Origin: Myxococcota bacterium
GTDB taxonomy: Bacteria > Myxococcota > Myxococcia > Myxococcales > Myxococcaceae
DNA: 64,000 nt
Direction: 5' to 3'
Assembly (NCBI GenBank): GCA_049322255.1
Contig: JBMORE010000054.1
Span: 62,001 to 126,000 of the forward strand
How positions within the stretch are numbered: the first letter of the stretch is position 1; the number at the start of each line of letters is the position of its first letter. Below are positions 44,965-55,383 of the stretch, one piece after another. Both the position numbers and the translations under genes were made by a program. The notes under the pieces were generated by a model. The model had not been told where the DNA came from, did not search any database, and saw only the letters and a program-made list of their open reading frames with translations.

Positions 44965-45362
44965 GCCCTGTCAATCTTCGGGAAAACGTCGCCTACGAGC
45001 TCACAAACGCAGAGCGCCTGTTGCGTGTTGCCGAGGTCCTCCTCACGGCTGACGGATTTCCTGACGCGGTGAATCGCGCATACTACGCGGTGTTTCACCT
45101 CGGCGTGGCCATGCTGCTCGTGCTCGGACACGAGCCACGTTCGCACGCGGGCGCCAAAGCGCTCCTTGGTTCGGAGCTCGTTCGCCGAGGGCTTTTGCCG
45201 CCTGAGGCAGCGCAGATTTTCACGGACTTGGAGAAGGGTCGTCTCGCCAGCGATTACCGTCGGTTCGTCTCAGTGACGAGGGAGGATGCGGAGGCGGCGG
45301 TGAGGCAGGCGCGCACCTTCGAATCGATGGCGCGGACGTTTCTCTCTACCCAGGGGTTCTGA
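44961..45362 (+). CDS. HEPN domain protein
   Basis: AVNRAYYAVF, SHAG, R..SDY; GTGA overlap with MNT. Confidence 0.85.
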   Translation: MSPVNLRENVAYELTNAERLLRVAEVLLTADGFPDAVNRAYYAVFHLGVAMLLVLGHEPRSHAGAKALLGSELVRRGLLPPEAAQIFTDLEKGRLASDYRRFVSVTREDAEAAVRQARTFESMARTFLSTQGF

Positions 45363-45409
45363 CTTCCAAGATTCACGCAGAGCACGCCTGGAAAACCCGC
45401 GGAGGTGGA

Positions 45410-47218
45410 CTATGAGACATCGACCAGCACTGCCCCGGGCCCCTCGATGTGCACGACACCTTCGCGCAAGGGTTCGCCGCCGGGACCGCCGAAGCGGGGA
45501 GCCTCGCTCCACAGCAGTGGCTTGCCTGGTCCCACCGCATACTCGAGACGGCCGCGGAGGTTGAGCACCACGAGGAGCCGGCGGCCGCCTCCGGTTCGCT
45601 GAAGCAGCAGTGCGTCGTCTCCCAGCGCGCGAGCGATGTACGAGCCTCGCGAACGTTCTTTTAGGCTGGGATGCGCGCGTCGGAGCGCGAACAGCTCCCT
45701 GTACAACTCGTGGATGGGCGCGTGCGGTGGACGCTCTCGCTCGGACCAATCGATGCGCGAACGCTCGAAGGTTTCGTGGGCTTGCGGATCGGGCACGTCC
45801 TCGCGGGCGAAGCGGGTGAAGCTGGCGAACTCCTTGCGCCGTCCCTCGGTGACTTCTCGGCCCAACTCCGGGTGATGATCGGTGAAGTAGAGAAAGGGCG
45901 ACGACGCGTTCCACTCCTGGCCGATGAACAACAGTGGCGTGTAGGGCGAGGAAAGGAGCAGCACACTCATCGCGCGAAACGCCGCCGGGGTGACGTCGGT
46001 CCCCAGGCGCTCACCATGGGCGCGGTTGCCGATCTGATCGTGGTTCTGCAGGCAGTAGATGAGTCGCCACGGCTCGACGTCGCCCACCGGGCTGCCGCGC
46101 GCTCGTCCGAAGTGGCGTGAGCGTTGCCCCTGGTAGAGCCAGCCGTGCTGAAGGAGCGCCGCCAGCTCGACCGCCGAAGAGGTGAAGTCTTCGAAGTAGC
46201 CGTCGCGATCGCCAGCGAAGGCGCGACGCATCTGGTGGTGGAAGTCGTCGGCCCACAGGCCGTCGAGCCCCATGCCGCCTCGTTCTACCGGACGCAGCTT
46301 GTTCGCGTCGTTGTTCTCATCCTCGGCGATCACCAGCACTCGTCGGCCTGGCGCTGCAGCGCGGGCACGGCGGGCGATCTCCTCGACGATGTGCGGGCGG
46401 CTGTCGTCCCGAATCGCGTGCACGGCATCGAGACGAAGACCATCGAAGTGAAAGTCGCGCACCCACATCTCGGCGTTGCGCAGCACCAACTCGCGCGCCA
46501 CTTCGCTGTGCTGTCCGTCGAAGTTCACTCCATCGCCCCATGGCGTCTGGTGGCGCGGGGTGAAGTAATACGGCGAGTAGCAGCACAGATAATTCCCGTC
46601 GGGACCGAAGTGGTTGTAGACGACGTCCAGGAGCACTCCCAGCCCGACGCGATGCGCGGCGTCGACGAGCGCGCGCAGCCCACGCGGACCTCCGTACACC
46701 TCGGCGGGGGCGAAGAGCGCCACCCCGTCGTAGCCCCAGTTGCGCCGTCCGGGGAAGCTCGCCACCGGCATCAGCTCGATCGCAGTCATGCCCAGCGCGC
46801 GCAGCTCCTCGAGCCAAGGAATGAGCGCCTCGAAGGTACCCTCGCGGGTCGCGGTCCCCACGTGCAGCTCGTAGATGACCAGGTCTTCCATCTTCACGCC
46901 GCGCCACCCGGCATCGGTCCAGGCGAAATCGGGAGGGGTGACTTGCGAGGGGCCGTGCACGCCCAGCGGCTGCGCGCGCGACCAGGGATCGGGAAAAGGA
47001 CCCTCGCCGTCGACGGAAAGCTTGTAGAGCAGCCCTGGGCGTTCCCCCTCCAGGCGGGCGAGGAAGTACTCCCCTGCTTCGGGGTGCATCGGCACGACGC
47101 GAGAAGGAGTCCCGTTCGCGTCGTGAACGACGAGCTGCACGGTGCGGTGGCCCGGTGCCCAGGTGCGAATGGTGACGCCGTTCGCTTCGAACCATGCGCC
47201 CAGCGGGGGAACGGCCAT
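45410..47218 (-). CDS. treZ: Malto-oligosyltrehalose trehalohydrolase (GH13)
   Basis: YELHVG, RNWGYDGV, DVVYNH, GLRLDAVH, QNHDQIGNR. Confidence 0.92.
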   Translation of the reverse strand: MAVPPLGAWFEANGVTIRTWAPGHRTVQLVVHDANGTPSRVVPMHPEAGEYFLARLEGERPGLLYKLSVDGEGPFPDPWSRAQPLGVHGPSQVTPPDFAWTDAGWRGVKMEDLVIYELHVGTATREGTFEALIPWLEELRALGMTAIELMPVASFPGRRNWGYDGVALFAPAEVYGGPRGLRALVDAAHRVGLGVLLDVVYNHFGPDGNYLCCYSPYYFTPRHQTPWGDGVNFDGQHSEVARELVLRNAEMWVRDFHFDGLRLDAVHAIRDDSRPHIVEEIARRARAAAPGRRVLVIAEDENNDANKLRPVERGGMGLDGLWADDFHHQMRRAFAGDRDGYFEDFTSSAVELAALLQHGWLYQGQRSRHFGRARGSPVGDVEPWRLIYCLQNHDQIGNRAHGERLGTDVTPAAFRAMSVLLLSSPYTPLLFIGQEWNASSPFLYFTDHHPELGREVTEGRRKEFASFTRFAREDVPDPQAHETFERSRIDWSERERPPHAPIHELYRELFALRRAHPSLKERSRGSYIARALGDDALLLQRTGGGRRLLVVLNLRGRLEYAVGPGKPLLWSEAPRFGGPGGEPLREGVVHIEGPGAVLVDVS

Positions 47219-47315
47219 ATTTTGAAACCATAGGGACTGAGCCGGTCGACGCAAGGCCTTCGGGCGAGCCACCGCTCGGAGGCGGCTTTCCCGGATGCTA
47301 GGGTGTGTTCACGCT

Positions 47316-47621
47316 ATGTCCCCGGAACCCACGATGGCCAAGGCGAGCTTTAGCGAGAAGATGAAGGCGTTGCTCGCCGAGTACGGCAAGCTTCTGCTCA
47401 TCATCCACTTCTCCCTCTTCTTTCTCGTCTGGGGAGCGATGATCGTCGCCATCCTCTTGGGCTTCCAACCCGAGGGCGCGGCGGCGGGAACGGGGACGGT
47501 GTTCGCGGCTTACGCGGCGACCCAGCTCACCAAGCCCTTGCGCTGGGCAGCGACCGCGGCGCTGACTCCCCTGGTGTCCAAGCTGATCGCCCGCTTACGG
47601 CCGGTAAGAACCCGCGAGTAA
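47316..47621 (+). CDS. Small membrane protein (FAM210/DUF1279-like)
   Basis: KMKALLAEYG..TM..AYAATQLTKPLR..LTP. Confidence 0.7.
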   Translation: MSPEPTMAKASFSEKMKALLAEYGKLLLIIHFSLFFLVWGAMIVAILLGFQPEGAAAGTGTVFAAYAATQLTKPLRWAATAALTPLVSKLIARLRPVRTRE

Positions 47622-47657
47622 TTTTCATCTCGGGCAGCGTCCTGCCATCATCAAGCC

Positions 47658-48446
47658 ATGCGTTGGCTCTACCTTTCGTTCGTCCTCTTCGCCGCAGGCT
47701 GCACCCAAAACACGGGGACTCCCGGCCCCCAAGGCCCTCCGGGGCCGGTCGGTCCACTGGGGCCGGAGGGGCAGCCCGGGCCCCAGGGAGAAATCGGACC
47801 CCAGGGCCCTGTTGGCCCAGCGGGTCCACAGGGCGCGCAGGGGCTTCCCGGTCCTCAAGGCCCTCAAGGGCCGCAGGGCCCTGCCGGGCTCCCCGGTGCA
47901 CAAGGCCCGCAAGGTCCCGCAGGCCCTCTGGGTGCGCAAGGACCGGCTGGTCCTCAGGGCCCACCAGGAGACGCAGGCGTACCCGGCCCTCCCGGACCAC
48001 AGGGGCCTGCCGGAGCCCAGGGGCCGGCGGGGCCGCAAGGGCCCAGCGGAGTGGTCGCCACCGCGTCGTTCGCCGGCATCATCAACACGATTGCGGGCAA
48101 CTCCGTCACCTGGACCTTCGCGGGCCCGACCGCCACAGTCACCGTTGCTTCAGGACAACGGTTGACGGCGGTCGCCTCGGCGCTCTTGCGCAAATTCACC
48201 GCGGGCAGCCAATTCTTCGACTACGGCATTTGCTACAGCAGCGGCGGAACACTGACCAACTTCGCCGGCCTCTCCAACTACTTGACCGCTGAAGTGGACA
48301 ACGGGCCCCGCCACTCGTACGCCGCATCAGCCACCGTGGCTCCGCCTGCGGGCACCTACAGCGTCGGGTTCTGCGTACGCAATGGTGGAACCAACCCCAT
48401 CGACGACAACGACTACGTCAACGGCTGGGTACAGGTGACGAATTGA
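47658..48446 (+). CDS. Collagen-like lipoprotein
   Basis: AAGC lipobox, about 37 uninterrupted Gly-X-Y triplets, beta-rich C-terminal domain. Confidence 0.9.
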   Translation: MRWLYLSFVLFAAGCTQNTGTPGPQGPPGPVGPLGPEGQPGPQGEIGPQGPVGPAGPQGAQGLPGPQGPQGPQGPAGLPGAQGPQGPAGPLGAQGPAGPQGPPGDAGVPGPPGPQGPAGAQGPAGPQGPSGVVATASFAGIINTIAGNSVTWTFAGPTATVTVASGQRLTAVASALLRKFTAGSQFFDYGICYSSGGTLTNFAGLSNYLTAEVDNGPRHSYAASATVAPPAGTYSVGFCVRNGGTNPIDDNDYVNGWVQVTN

Positions 48447-48458
48447 ACGAGGGTTTCG

Positions 48459-48495
48459 CCCCTCACCCCTGCCCTCTCCCAGAGGGAGCGGGGGC
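48459..48495. repeat. REP-like palindrome overlapping the tsaE 3' end
   Basis: CCCCTCACCCCTGCCCTCTCCCAGAGGGAGCGGGGG. Confidence 0.8.
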
Positions 48496-48987
48496 CCATG
48501 ATTCGAGCAGCGCGCGCGGCCGGTCTCCGAAAGCTTGCGCCACCAGCCGGCGCTTGTTCTCGCCCTCGACCTCGATGCGCACGAGCAACAGCTCCGGTGG
48601 CGCCGCCGCCGGCACCCTGTCGAGCCACTCGACCAAGAGTGCTGCCTCCACACCGAGCAGGTCGAAAAAGCCGGTGGCATAGAGCTCGTCCTCGTCGGCT
48701 ACCCGGTAGAGGTCGGCGTGGTAGAGCGGCAACCGCCCGCGGTAGGGATAGACGATGGCGAAGCTGGGGCTGGCGACCTCCGATTTGGCCACCCCCGCGC
48801 CATCGGCCACCCCGCGCACGAACTGCGTCTTGCCCGCTCCCAGCTCGCCGACGAGCCCGATGAAGTCACCGGGCGCGAGCAACCGTCCGAGCGCGCGGCC
48901 GAGCTCGGCCGTCTCTTCCGCGGAGCTCGACTCGAGCGCGCGCTGAAGCGACGGAGTGCGCGAGCCTACCGCTGCCACCGCACCCAC
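48463..48987 (-). CDS. tsaE: tRNA t6A biosynthesis ATPase
   Basis: GELGAGKT, SPSF, HADLYR, VEW. Confidence 0.93.
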   Translation of the reverse strand: MGAVAAVGSRTPSLQRALESSSAEETAELGRALGRLLAPGDFIGLVGELGAGKTQFVRGVADGAGVAKSEVASPSFAIVYPYRGRLPLYHADLYRVADEDELYATGFFDLLGVEAALLVEWLDRVPAAAPPELLLVRIEVEGENKRRLVAQAFGDRPRALLESWAPAPSGRGQG

Positions 48988-50495
48988 ACCTGGCCGAGCC
49001 CCTCGAGCAAATCACTGGCGATGAGCCCCATCATCCCGGTGCGCTCGACCATCACATCGCCTGCCAAGCCGTGAGCGTAGACCCCGGTCACCGCGGCATC
49101 TTCGGGGGACAGCCCCTGCCCCAACAAAGACCCGCACAACCCGGCCAGCACGTCGCCCGTCCCGGCGGTGGCCAGCCCCGGGTTGCCGGTGGGGCTGATG
49201 AACACCGTCCCGTCCTCTCGAGCGATGAGGGTACGCGCGCCCTTGAGCACCACCACCACGTGGTGCGCGGTGGCCAGAGCGCGCACCGCCCCGATGCGGT
49301 CTTGTTGAATCTCCGCCGTCGATTTGCCCAAAAGACGCGCCATCTCCCCTGGGTGCGGGGTGAGCAAGAGCGGCGCCTTCGCGTGCTGGAGGACGTCGAG
49401 GTGGCCCGCCAAGGCGTTGAGCGCATCGGCATCGAGCACGCAGGGTAGCGACAGCTCCTCGAGCAACGCCCCCAAAAGCCTCGGCGTCTCCTCGCCTCGG
49501 GGAATGCCGGGGCCAATCACCATCGCCTGCTTGCCCTCTGCCGCCTCGAGCAACGAATTGAGGTCGGCCACCCCCAATGCGCCGTCGGCGACGAGCTCGA
49601 TGCCCATCAGCTCGGGCGCGTGGCTCATCACCGGCACCAGTGCCTCGGGTCGAGCGGCCACCGTGACCAGCCCGGCTCCCGCTCTCAGCGCGGCCAACCC
49701 GGTGAGCGCGGCCGCTCCTGTCTTTCCCCATGAGCCGGCCACCACCAGCAGATGCCCGTATGAGCCCTTGTGGGTATCCGGCCGGCGCACCGGGAGCCGC
49801 CCGCGAACGTCGGCCTCTTCCAGAAGGTACACCGGCGGCCCTTCGAGCCCGCTTTGCGCCGCTTTGGGGATGCCGATGTCCGCGACCTCCAGCGCACCAC
49901 ACACGGAGGCCCCGGGCTCGAGCGCCTGCCCCAGCTTGAGCGCCCCGAAGGCCACGGTGGCATCGGCGCGCACGCACGGGGCAAAGGGCTGCCCGTTGTC
50001 GCTCTGCAACCCGGAGGGAATGTCCGCGGCGAGGATCTTGGCCCCGGCCGCACGCCACGACGAGATGCGGCCAATCGCCTCTCCGTACTTCGCGTCGGGG
50101 GCCCGCGACAGCCCCGTTCCCAACAGCGCGTCGATCACCACGTCACCGGGGCCGATGGGCAGCTCCTCGGGGATGGGCGCGGTGCTCACGCCGGCCGCGG
50201 AGAGCGCCCGATGGTTGCGCGCCGGCTCTCCCTCGAGCTGCTCGGGTTGCGCCAAAAGCTCTACGTGCACCGTACGGCCGGCGGCGGCGAGGTGACGAGC
50301 GGCGACCAAACCGTCGCCACCGTTATTGCCTCGGCCGCACATCACCACGAAGCGGCCTTGCGGCCCACAAAGGCGCATCGCCACTTCGGCCAGAGCGGAG
50401 CCGGCGTTCTCCATCAACAAGCTGGCGGGCATGCCGTGCGTTTCGGACGCGCGGTCGAGCGTGCGCATCTGCTGCGCCGTCAGTGTTCGCTTCAT
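48966..50495 (-). CDS. nnr: Bifunctional NAD(P)H-hydrate epimerase/dehydratase
   Basis: LMENAG, GNNGGDG, DIPSG, HKGSYG, LDADAL, TPHPGE, AGTGDVL. Confidence 0.93.
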   Translation of the reverse strand: MKRTLTAQQMRTLDRASETHGMPASLLMENAGSALAEVAMRLCGPQGRFVVMCGRGNNGGDGLVAARHLAAAGRTVHVELLAQPEQLEGEPARNHRALSAAGVSTAPIPEELPIGPGDVVIDALLGTGLSRAPDAKYGEAIGRISSWRAAGAKILAADIPSGLQSDNGQPFAPCVRADATVAFGALKLGQALEPGASVCGALEVADIGIPKAAQSGLEGPPVYLLEEADVRGRLPVRRPDTHKGSYGHLLVVAGSWGKTGAAALTGLAALRAGAGLVTVAARPEALVPVMSHAPELMGIELVADGALGVADLNSLLEAAEGKQAMVIGPGIPRGEETPRLLGALLEELSLPCVLDADALNALAGHLDVLQHAKAPLLLTPHPGEMARLLGKSTAEIQQDRIGAVRALATAHHVVVVLKGARTLIAREDGTVFISPTGNPGLATAGTGDVLAGLCGSLLGQGLSPEDAAVTGVYAHGLAGDVMVERTGMMGLIASDLLEGLGQVWVRWQR

Positions 50496-50869
50496 CGACT
50501 TTCCTCCAGGATGACGGTCGCCGCGGCGACTCCCGCGTCGTGGGTCATCGCCAGCAAGGGCCGCAGCCTTCGCCGCGTCACCTCGGCCTGTGCCACCCCG
50601 TGCAAGCGAAAGAACGGCGCCGACCCCTCGCGCATGACCTCCATGTCCTTCCAGCGAAGACCGCTCGGCGCTCCCAGGGCTTTGATCAGGGCCTCTTTGG
50701 CGGCGAAACGCGCGGCGAAAGCGGCGGCGGCATCAGCGCGGCGGGAGCACTCCGCGCGTTCGGCCGGCGTGTACACCCGCTCGAGGAAACGGGCACCCCT
50801 CCCCGAGGCAAGGAGCCGGCGAATTCGATCGACCCCGCACACGTCGATTCCCAGGCCGACCACCGCCAT
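50492..50869 (-). CDS. acpS: Holo-ACP synthase
   Basis: GLGID, ARFAAKEA, TH. Confidence 0.93.
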   Translation of the reverse strand: MAVVGLGIDVCGVDRIRRLLASGRGARFLERVYTPAERAECSRRADAAAAFAARFAAKEALIKALGAPSGLRWKDMEVMREGSAPFFRLHGVAQAEVTRRRLRPLLAMTHDAGVAAATVILEESR

Positions 50870-50872
50870 GCC

Positions 50873-51598
50873 TTACCCCGGGTTCCTCATCAGGTCGACC
50901 ATCTCGCGCACCGCGCGCTCGAAGCCGACCAGCACCGCGCGGCCGACGATGGCGTGACCGATGTTGAGCTCGTCAATCTCGGCGATGCGAGCGATTGGAC
51001 GCACGTTGTCGTAATTCAGCCCGTGGCCGGCGGCGACCCCCATGCCCAGCTTGGCGGCGCTCTTGGCGGCATCGACGATTCGCGACAGCTCGCGTGACCG
51101 CTCTCGTTCGTTGCGCGCTTCGCAAAAACGCCCGGTGTGCAGCTCGACCCGATCGGCGTTCACCTTGTGCGCGGCGCGCACCTGGTCGAGATCGGGGTCG
51201 ATGAAGAGCGAGACGACGATCTCACCGTCCTTGAGGTTCTTCACCAACCGGGTCAACGCATCGCGCTGGCCGGCGACGTCGAGGCCGCCCTCGGTGGTCA
51301 GCTCCTCGCGCCGCTCGGGCACCAGGGTCACCACGTCGGGCTTGTGCTCGTAGGCGACCTTGACCATCTCCGGGGTGGCGGCCATCTCGAGGTTGAGCAG
51401 CGTCTGCACCGTCTCGCGCAAAACGCGCAGATCCCGGTCCTGAATGTGGCGGCGGTCTTCCCTCAGGTGGATGGTGATTTGCCCCGCGCCCGCAAGCTCG
51501 GCCATCGCCGCCGCCGTCACCGGGTCTGGATAGCTCGTCTTGCGCGACTGGCGCAGCGTGGCCACGTGGTCGACGTTCACTCCCAGACGCTGGGTCAT
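50873..51598 (-). CDS. pdxJ: Pyridoxine 5'-phosphate synthase
   Basis: [30 protein letters not shown]. Confidence 0.96.
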   Translation of the reverse strand: MTQRLGVNVDHVATLRQSRKTSYPDPVTAAAMAELAGAGQITIHLREDRRHIQDRDLRVLRETVQTLLNLEMAATPEMVKVAYEHKPDVVTLVPERREELTTEGGLDVAGQRDALTRLVKNLKDGEIVVSLFIDPDLDQVRAAHKVNADRVELHTGRFCEARNERERSRELSRIVDAAKSAAKLGMGVAAGHGLNYDNVRPIARIAEIDELNIGHAIVGRAVLVGFERAVREMVDLMRNPG

Positions 51599-51666
51599 CG
51601 ATCGCTTTCCTCCCTAAAGGGTTTGCAACGGCCGTCGAACGCCCAAGGCGCGCTGTCTTATCAGCC

Positions 51667-53061
51667 CTACCTCGAGAGCGCGCGGGTCAATGTCCGTGCG
51701 ATCTCTTGGGCGTACTGCTGGTTTTTCGCCCCGTCCGGCCCCTCGATGAGGATACGGACTTTGGGCTCAGTGCCCGAGAAGCGCACCAGCACTCGGCCCG
51801 AAGCGCCGAGCTTGCCCTCGATGCCGCGAATCGACTTGAGCACCTCGGGGAGCTCGCCCAGCTCGCGGCGCTCTTTCACCACCACGTTGAGCAGCGTCTG
51901 CGGTACGGGCTCGAAGATGCGGGTCAGCTCGGAGAGCGGCTTTTCCTTTCGGCACACCACCGCGAGCAGCTGCAACGCCGCCAGCGTCCCGTCTCCGGTG
52001 GTGGCGTGGTCGAGAAAGACCAAGTGGCCCGACTGCTCACCCCCCAGGTTGTAGCCGTGCTTGCGCATCTGTTCGACCACGTAGCGGTCACCCACGCGGG
52101 TGCGCACCACCTTCACCCCCCACCGCCCCACCGCCCGGTCGAGACCGAGGTTGCTCATCACCGTGGCCACCAGCGTCTTTTTCTTGAGCGCCTTCCTCGC
52201 CGCCAGCTCTCCGGTGCAGATGGCCATGATCGCGTCTCCGTCGACCACTTGGCCCCGCTCATCGACCACGATCAGCCGGTCGGCGTCGCCGTCGAGGGCG
52301 ATTCCCACCTGGGCGCCGTGCTTGAGCACCGCGCGCGCCACACTTTCCGGGTGCAGCGCGCCGCACTTGGCGTTGATGTTCTTGCCGTCCGGCTCCACCC
52401 CCACCTTGATGACCTTCGCGCCCAGCTCCTCCAGCACCGCCGGAGCCACCCGGTAGGCGGCACCGTTCGCGCAGTCGACGGCGATGGTCAGACCTTCGAG
52501 GGTCAGCTCGCGGGGGAAGGTGTTCTTGAGAAAGACGATGTAGCGGCCGCGCGCGTCCTCCAGACGTACCGCGCTGCCGATCTTGGTGGCCGTGGGCCGA
52601 ATGCGATCGATGGCGTGGGAGGCGAGCAGGTCTTCGATCTTCCCTTCGGTCTCGTCCGGCAGCTTGAAGCCGTCGCGCCAGAAGAACTTGATGCCGTTGT
52701 CCTGGTAGGGGTTGTGCGAGGCCGAGATGACCGCTCCTGCGTCGGCGCGCATCGAGGTGGTGATCTGCGCGATGCCCGGCGTGGGCAGAGGGCCGACCAA
52801 CGCCACGTCCACGCCCATCGAGGTGATGCCGGCGGCGAGCGCCTGCTCGAGCATGTAGCCTGAGAGCCGGGTGTCCTTGCCGATGATGACCCGGTGGCGG
52901 TGCTTGCCGTTGCGGATGAGGTAGGCGAGCGCCCGCCCCAGCCCCATCGCCACCTCGGCGGTCATGGGAAAAACGTTGGCCACGCCCCGCACCCCGTCGG
53001 TGCCGAACAGCTTCGGGGGTGTGCGCGCTTCGGTGGGGCTCGTCTTGAGCTTGAACGCCAT
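51667..53061 (-). CDS. glmM: Phosphoglucosamine mutase
   Basis: [33 protein letters not shown]. Confidence 0.96.
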   Translation of the reverse strand: MAFKLKTSPTEARTPPKLFGTDGVRGVANVFPMTAEVAMGLGRALAYLIRNGKHRHRVIIGKDTRLSGYMLEQALAAGITSMGVDVALVGPLPTPGIAQITTSMRADAGAVISASHNPYQDNGIKFFWRDGFKLPDETEGKIEDLLASHAIDRIRPTATKIGSAVRLEDARGRYIVFLKNTFPRELTLEGLTIAVDCANGAAYRVAPAVLEELGAKVIKVGVEPDGKNINAKCGALHPESVARAVLKHGAQVGIALDGDADRLIVVDERGQVVDGDAIMAICTGELAARKALKKKTLVATVMSNLGLDRAVGRWGVKVVRTRVGDRYVVEQMRKHGYNLGGEQSGHLVFLDHATTGDGTLAALQLLAVVCRKEKPLSELTRIFEPVPQTLLNVVVKERRELGELPEVLKSIRGIEGKLGASGRVLVRFSGTEPKVRILIEGPDGAKNQQYAQEIARTLTRALSR

Positions 53062-53115
53062 GTGTTTCTCGATGAAGGCGGCCTTATACCCCGAAACCGA
53101 ATCGAAGCCGGAAAG

Positions 53116-54372
53116 CTAGGAACCGGCGCCGCGCTCGGCAAGGCGCCCAAAGAGCGCTCCGCCGTCCTTGGCATGGCCAATCGCATCGGCCACCGCCAGC
53201 GCGTCGCGCACCTCGGAGACATCGTGCACCCGCACCACGTCGGCGCCTCCCAGCGCCGCCACCGCGGCCACCGAGCCGATGCTCGCGGCAAGGCGCTCCG
53301 TCGGCGGCTTGCCTCCGGTCAGCTGCCCCAAGAAAGACTTGCGGCTGGTTCCGACGAGCACGGGCAAACCCAAGAGCCGAAGGTCTTGGAGCCGCCGCAA
53401 AAGAAAGAGGTTGTGACCGAGGGTCTTGCCGAAGCCGATGCCTGGGTCGACGAGAATGCGCTCACGCGGGATTCCCTGTCCCTCAGCACGAGCCACCGCG
53501 TCGGAGAGGAAGACGAGCACCTCCTCCACCACGTCGTCGTAGCGGGGCTCTTTTTGCATCGTCTCGGGCGTGCCGCGAATGTGCATCAGGCAGCAGGCGG
53601 CCTTGGCCTGGGCCACCACCCGGGGCAGCTCGGGATCGAACTGAAAACCGCTGATGTCGTTGACCAGACTGGCGCCTGCCTCGAGGGCGGCCTGGGCGAC
53701 CTTCGCCTTGGTGGTGTCGATGGAGATGGGCACCTCGCCGACACGCGAACGCAGGCCGCGAATGACGGGGAGCACACGAGCCAGCTCCTCGTCGGCCGAC
53801 ACCTTCGCCGCACCCGGACGGGTCGACTCTCCGCCGACATCGAGAATGTCGGCGCCCGCCTGGGCCAGCTCTTGGCCGTGCGCGATGGCGGCGTCGGCGT
53901 CGAGAAAGCGGCCACCGTCGGAGAACGAGTCAGGCGTCACGTTCACCACGCCCATCACATAGGTGCGTTCGCCCCAACGAAATGTCCGCTTCCCCAGGGT
54001 GAGCGGCGGGGGCGAGGAGGGCTCGACCACGAGAGAAAGAGCGACGGCGAGCTCCTCGAGCCCTTCCTTTCGGGCCAGCGCGACGAGGCGTTCGAGCTGG
54101 TCCTTTCGCCCCGAGACGAGTGCGGTGCCCGGCCGAGTGCGCTGATCGCCCGGAGCAAAGGCCGGGTATTCCTCACGCCCGGGCGCATTCGAGCGATCAA
54201 CGAGAGACTTGAGCAGCACCCCTTCGGCGCGCGACAGCCCGGTGAGCAGCACCTGGAACTGGGGAATCCGCTCGGCGAGGTACTCGCGCGCTGGCGTGGG
54301 CAAGCCCATGCGCTCGAAGGCCAGATCCAGCTCTCCGGAGCTATCGGCACACACAGCGCGGGCGAAAATCAT
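53116..54372 (-). CDS. folP: Dihydropteroate synthase with N-terminal extension
   Basis: MGVVNVTPDSFSDGG, GGESTRPG, DPGIGFGK, SRK, RVHDV. Confidence 0.94.
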   Translation of the reverse strand: MIFARAVCADSSGELDLAFERMGLPTPAREYLAERIPQFQVLLTGLSRAEGVLLKSLVDRSNAPGREEYPAFAPGDQRTRPGTALVSGRKDQLERLVALARKEGLEELAVALSLVVEPSSPPPLTLGKRTFRWGERTYVMGVVNVTPDSFSDGGRFLDADAAIAHGQELAQAGADILDVGGESTRPGAAKVSADEELARVLPVIRGLRSRVGEVPISIDTTKAKVAQAALEAGASLVNDISGFQFDPELPRVVAQAKAACCLMHIRGTPETMQKEPRYDDVVEEVLVFLSDAVARAEGQGIPRERILVDPGIGFGKTLGHNLFLLRRLQDLRLLGLPVLVGTSRKSFLGQLTGGKPPTERLAASIGSVAAVAALGGADVVRVHDVSEVRDALAVADAIGHAKDGGALFGRLAERGAGS

Positions 54373-54407
54373 GCCGGTTGTATAGCCAAAACCCGTGGCA
54401 GCAGGTT

Positions 54408-54731
54408 TCAAAGAGCGAGCCACAGCCTCAGCGCGGCCCCCACCGTTTGCATTTCGCTTTCGCCCAACTCCCCGATTCGCCTCTTGATGCGCTCCCGTTT
54501 CAAAGCCTGGGTCTTGTCGACCATCACCTGAGACGACTTCTTCAGTCCATTGCTGGACGCCGGGCGAAGCGGGATGCGGAACATCGGCGCATCGACGAGG
54601 GTCGAGGTAATTGGGCAGACCGAAACGCTGGCATGGGTGTCGTTGAACAGGTCTGACTGCACCACGACCGCCGGGCGAGGTTTGCCGAAGTCACCCTGCG
54701 CGGCGATCAACACCACGTCACCACGTTTCAA
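54408..54731 (-). CDS. PemK/MazF family toxin
   Basis: KRGDVV..GKPRPAVVVQSD..CPITS..S.VMVDK..IG.L. Confidence 0.9.
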   Translation of the reverse strand: MKRGDVVLIAAQGDFGKPRPAVVVQSDLFNDTHASVSVCPITSTLVDAPMFRIPLRPASSNGLKKSSQVMVDKTQALKRERIKRRIGELGESEMQTVGAALRLWLAL

Positions 54732-54949
54732 CTTGTCCACCCACTCTCGTCGCTGCCCAGCGCCCAATCGCCTTCCCGGTCGGTCCTGCTCGCAGCGAGC
54801 GACTGGCGACGCGCTTCCTCCGGGTCGAGGTGGGCCTCGAGGTACTGCCGGATCGCCTCCCGCGCGCAGGCACTCTTGGTCTGCCCGGTCTGCTTGGCGA
54901 GGCGCTCCAATTTCTCCTCCAGTTCCGCCTCCAAACGAATTCCAAGCAT
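54728..54949 (-). CDS. RHH antitoxin of the MazF-like toxin
   Basis: MLGIRL..LERLAKQTGQTKS..REAIRQYL..EARRQS. Confidence 0.85.
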   Translation of the reverse strand: MLGIRLEAELEEKLERLAKQTGQTKSACAREAIRQYLEAHLDPEEARRQSLAASRTDREGDWALGSDESGWTS

Positions 54950-54958
54950 GGGTCCCTC

Positions 54959-55003
54959 GTTTAACATGTGTTAAACTACAGTACCTCGCAGGGCCGCAGG
55001 TGG
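54959..55003 (-). promoter_or_regulatory. Promoter and operator of the MazF-like TA
   Basis: Minus strand TTGCCA-17nt-TACTGT followed by the palindrome GTTTAAC-N4-GTTAAAC (54959-54976). Confidence 0.6.
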
Positions 55004-55068
55004 CAACCCCGCCCGCTTTCCGGCACAGACCGCGCCACCGAGCACCCTCCACCCAGTGGACCACCTGG

Positions 55069-55106
55069 TTGACGAGACGCCATTAGAGACTCTAAATAGA
55101 CTCTAT
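55069..55106 (+). promoter_or_regulatory. Promoter/operators of the Phd-like TA
   Basis: TTGACG, then palindromes TTAGAG-A-CTCTAA and ATAGA-C-TCTAT overlapping the ATG. Confidence 0.55.
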
Positions 55107-55383
55107 GAAGACCCTGACGATCACCGACGCAAAGAGGAATCTTGGCCGCTGGCTGGAGGCGGCGGCGCGGGGTGAGGACATTGGAATCATCAGCGGTGCT
55201 CACATCATCGCGCTGCGAAAGATCGAGGTCGAATCGACCGACTACGCACAGCGCGAGTATGGGGCGACGCGGGAGGAAGTGGACACGCTTGCCCGAGCCA
55301 CGGAGCGCAGATACAGCCAGCTCAAGAAAGCGGGAAAGCTTGTAACGGTCTCCGCCTCGCAGCTGAAGAAGCTCCTTGAGTAA
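55105..55383 (+). CDS. Phd/YefM-like antitoxin
   Basis: MKTLTITDAKRNLGRWLEAAARGEDIGI. Confidence 0.8.
   Translation: MKTLTITDAKRNLGRWLEAAARGEDIGIISGAHIIALRKIEVESTDYAQREYGATREEVDTLARATERRYSQLKKAGKLVTVSASQLKKLLE

Noticed and set aside
47715..48050. Short tandem nucleotide repeats resembling an array
   Set aside because: They are codons of Gly-X-Y collagen triplets, not CRISPR repeats or spacers
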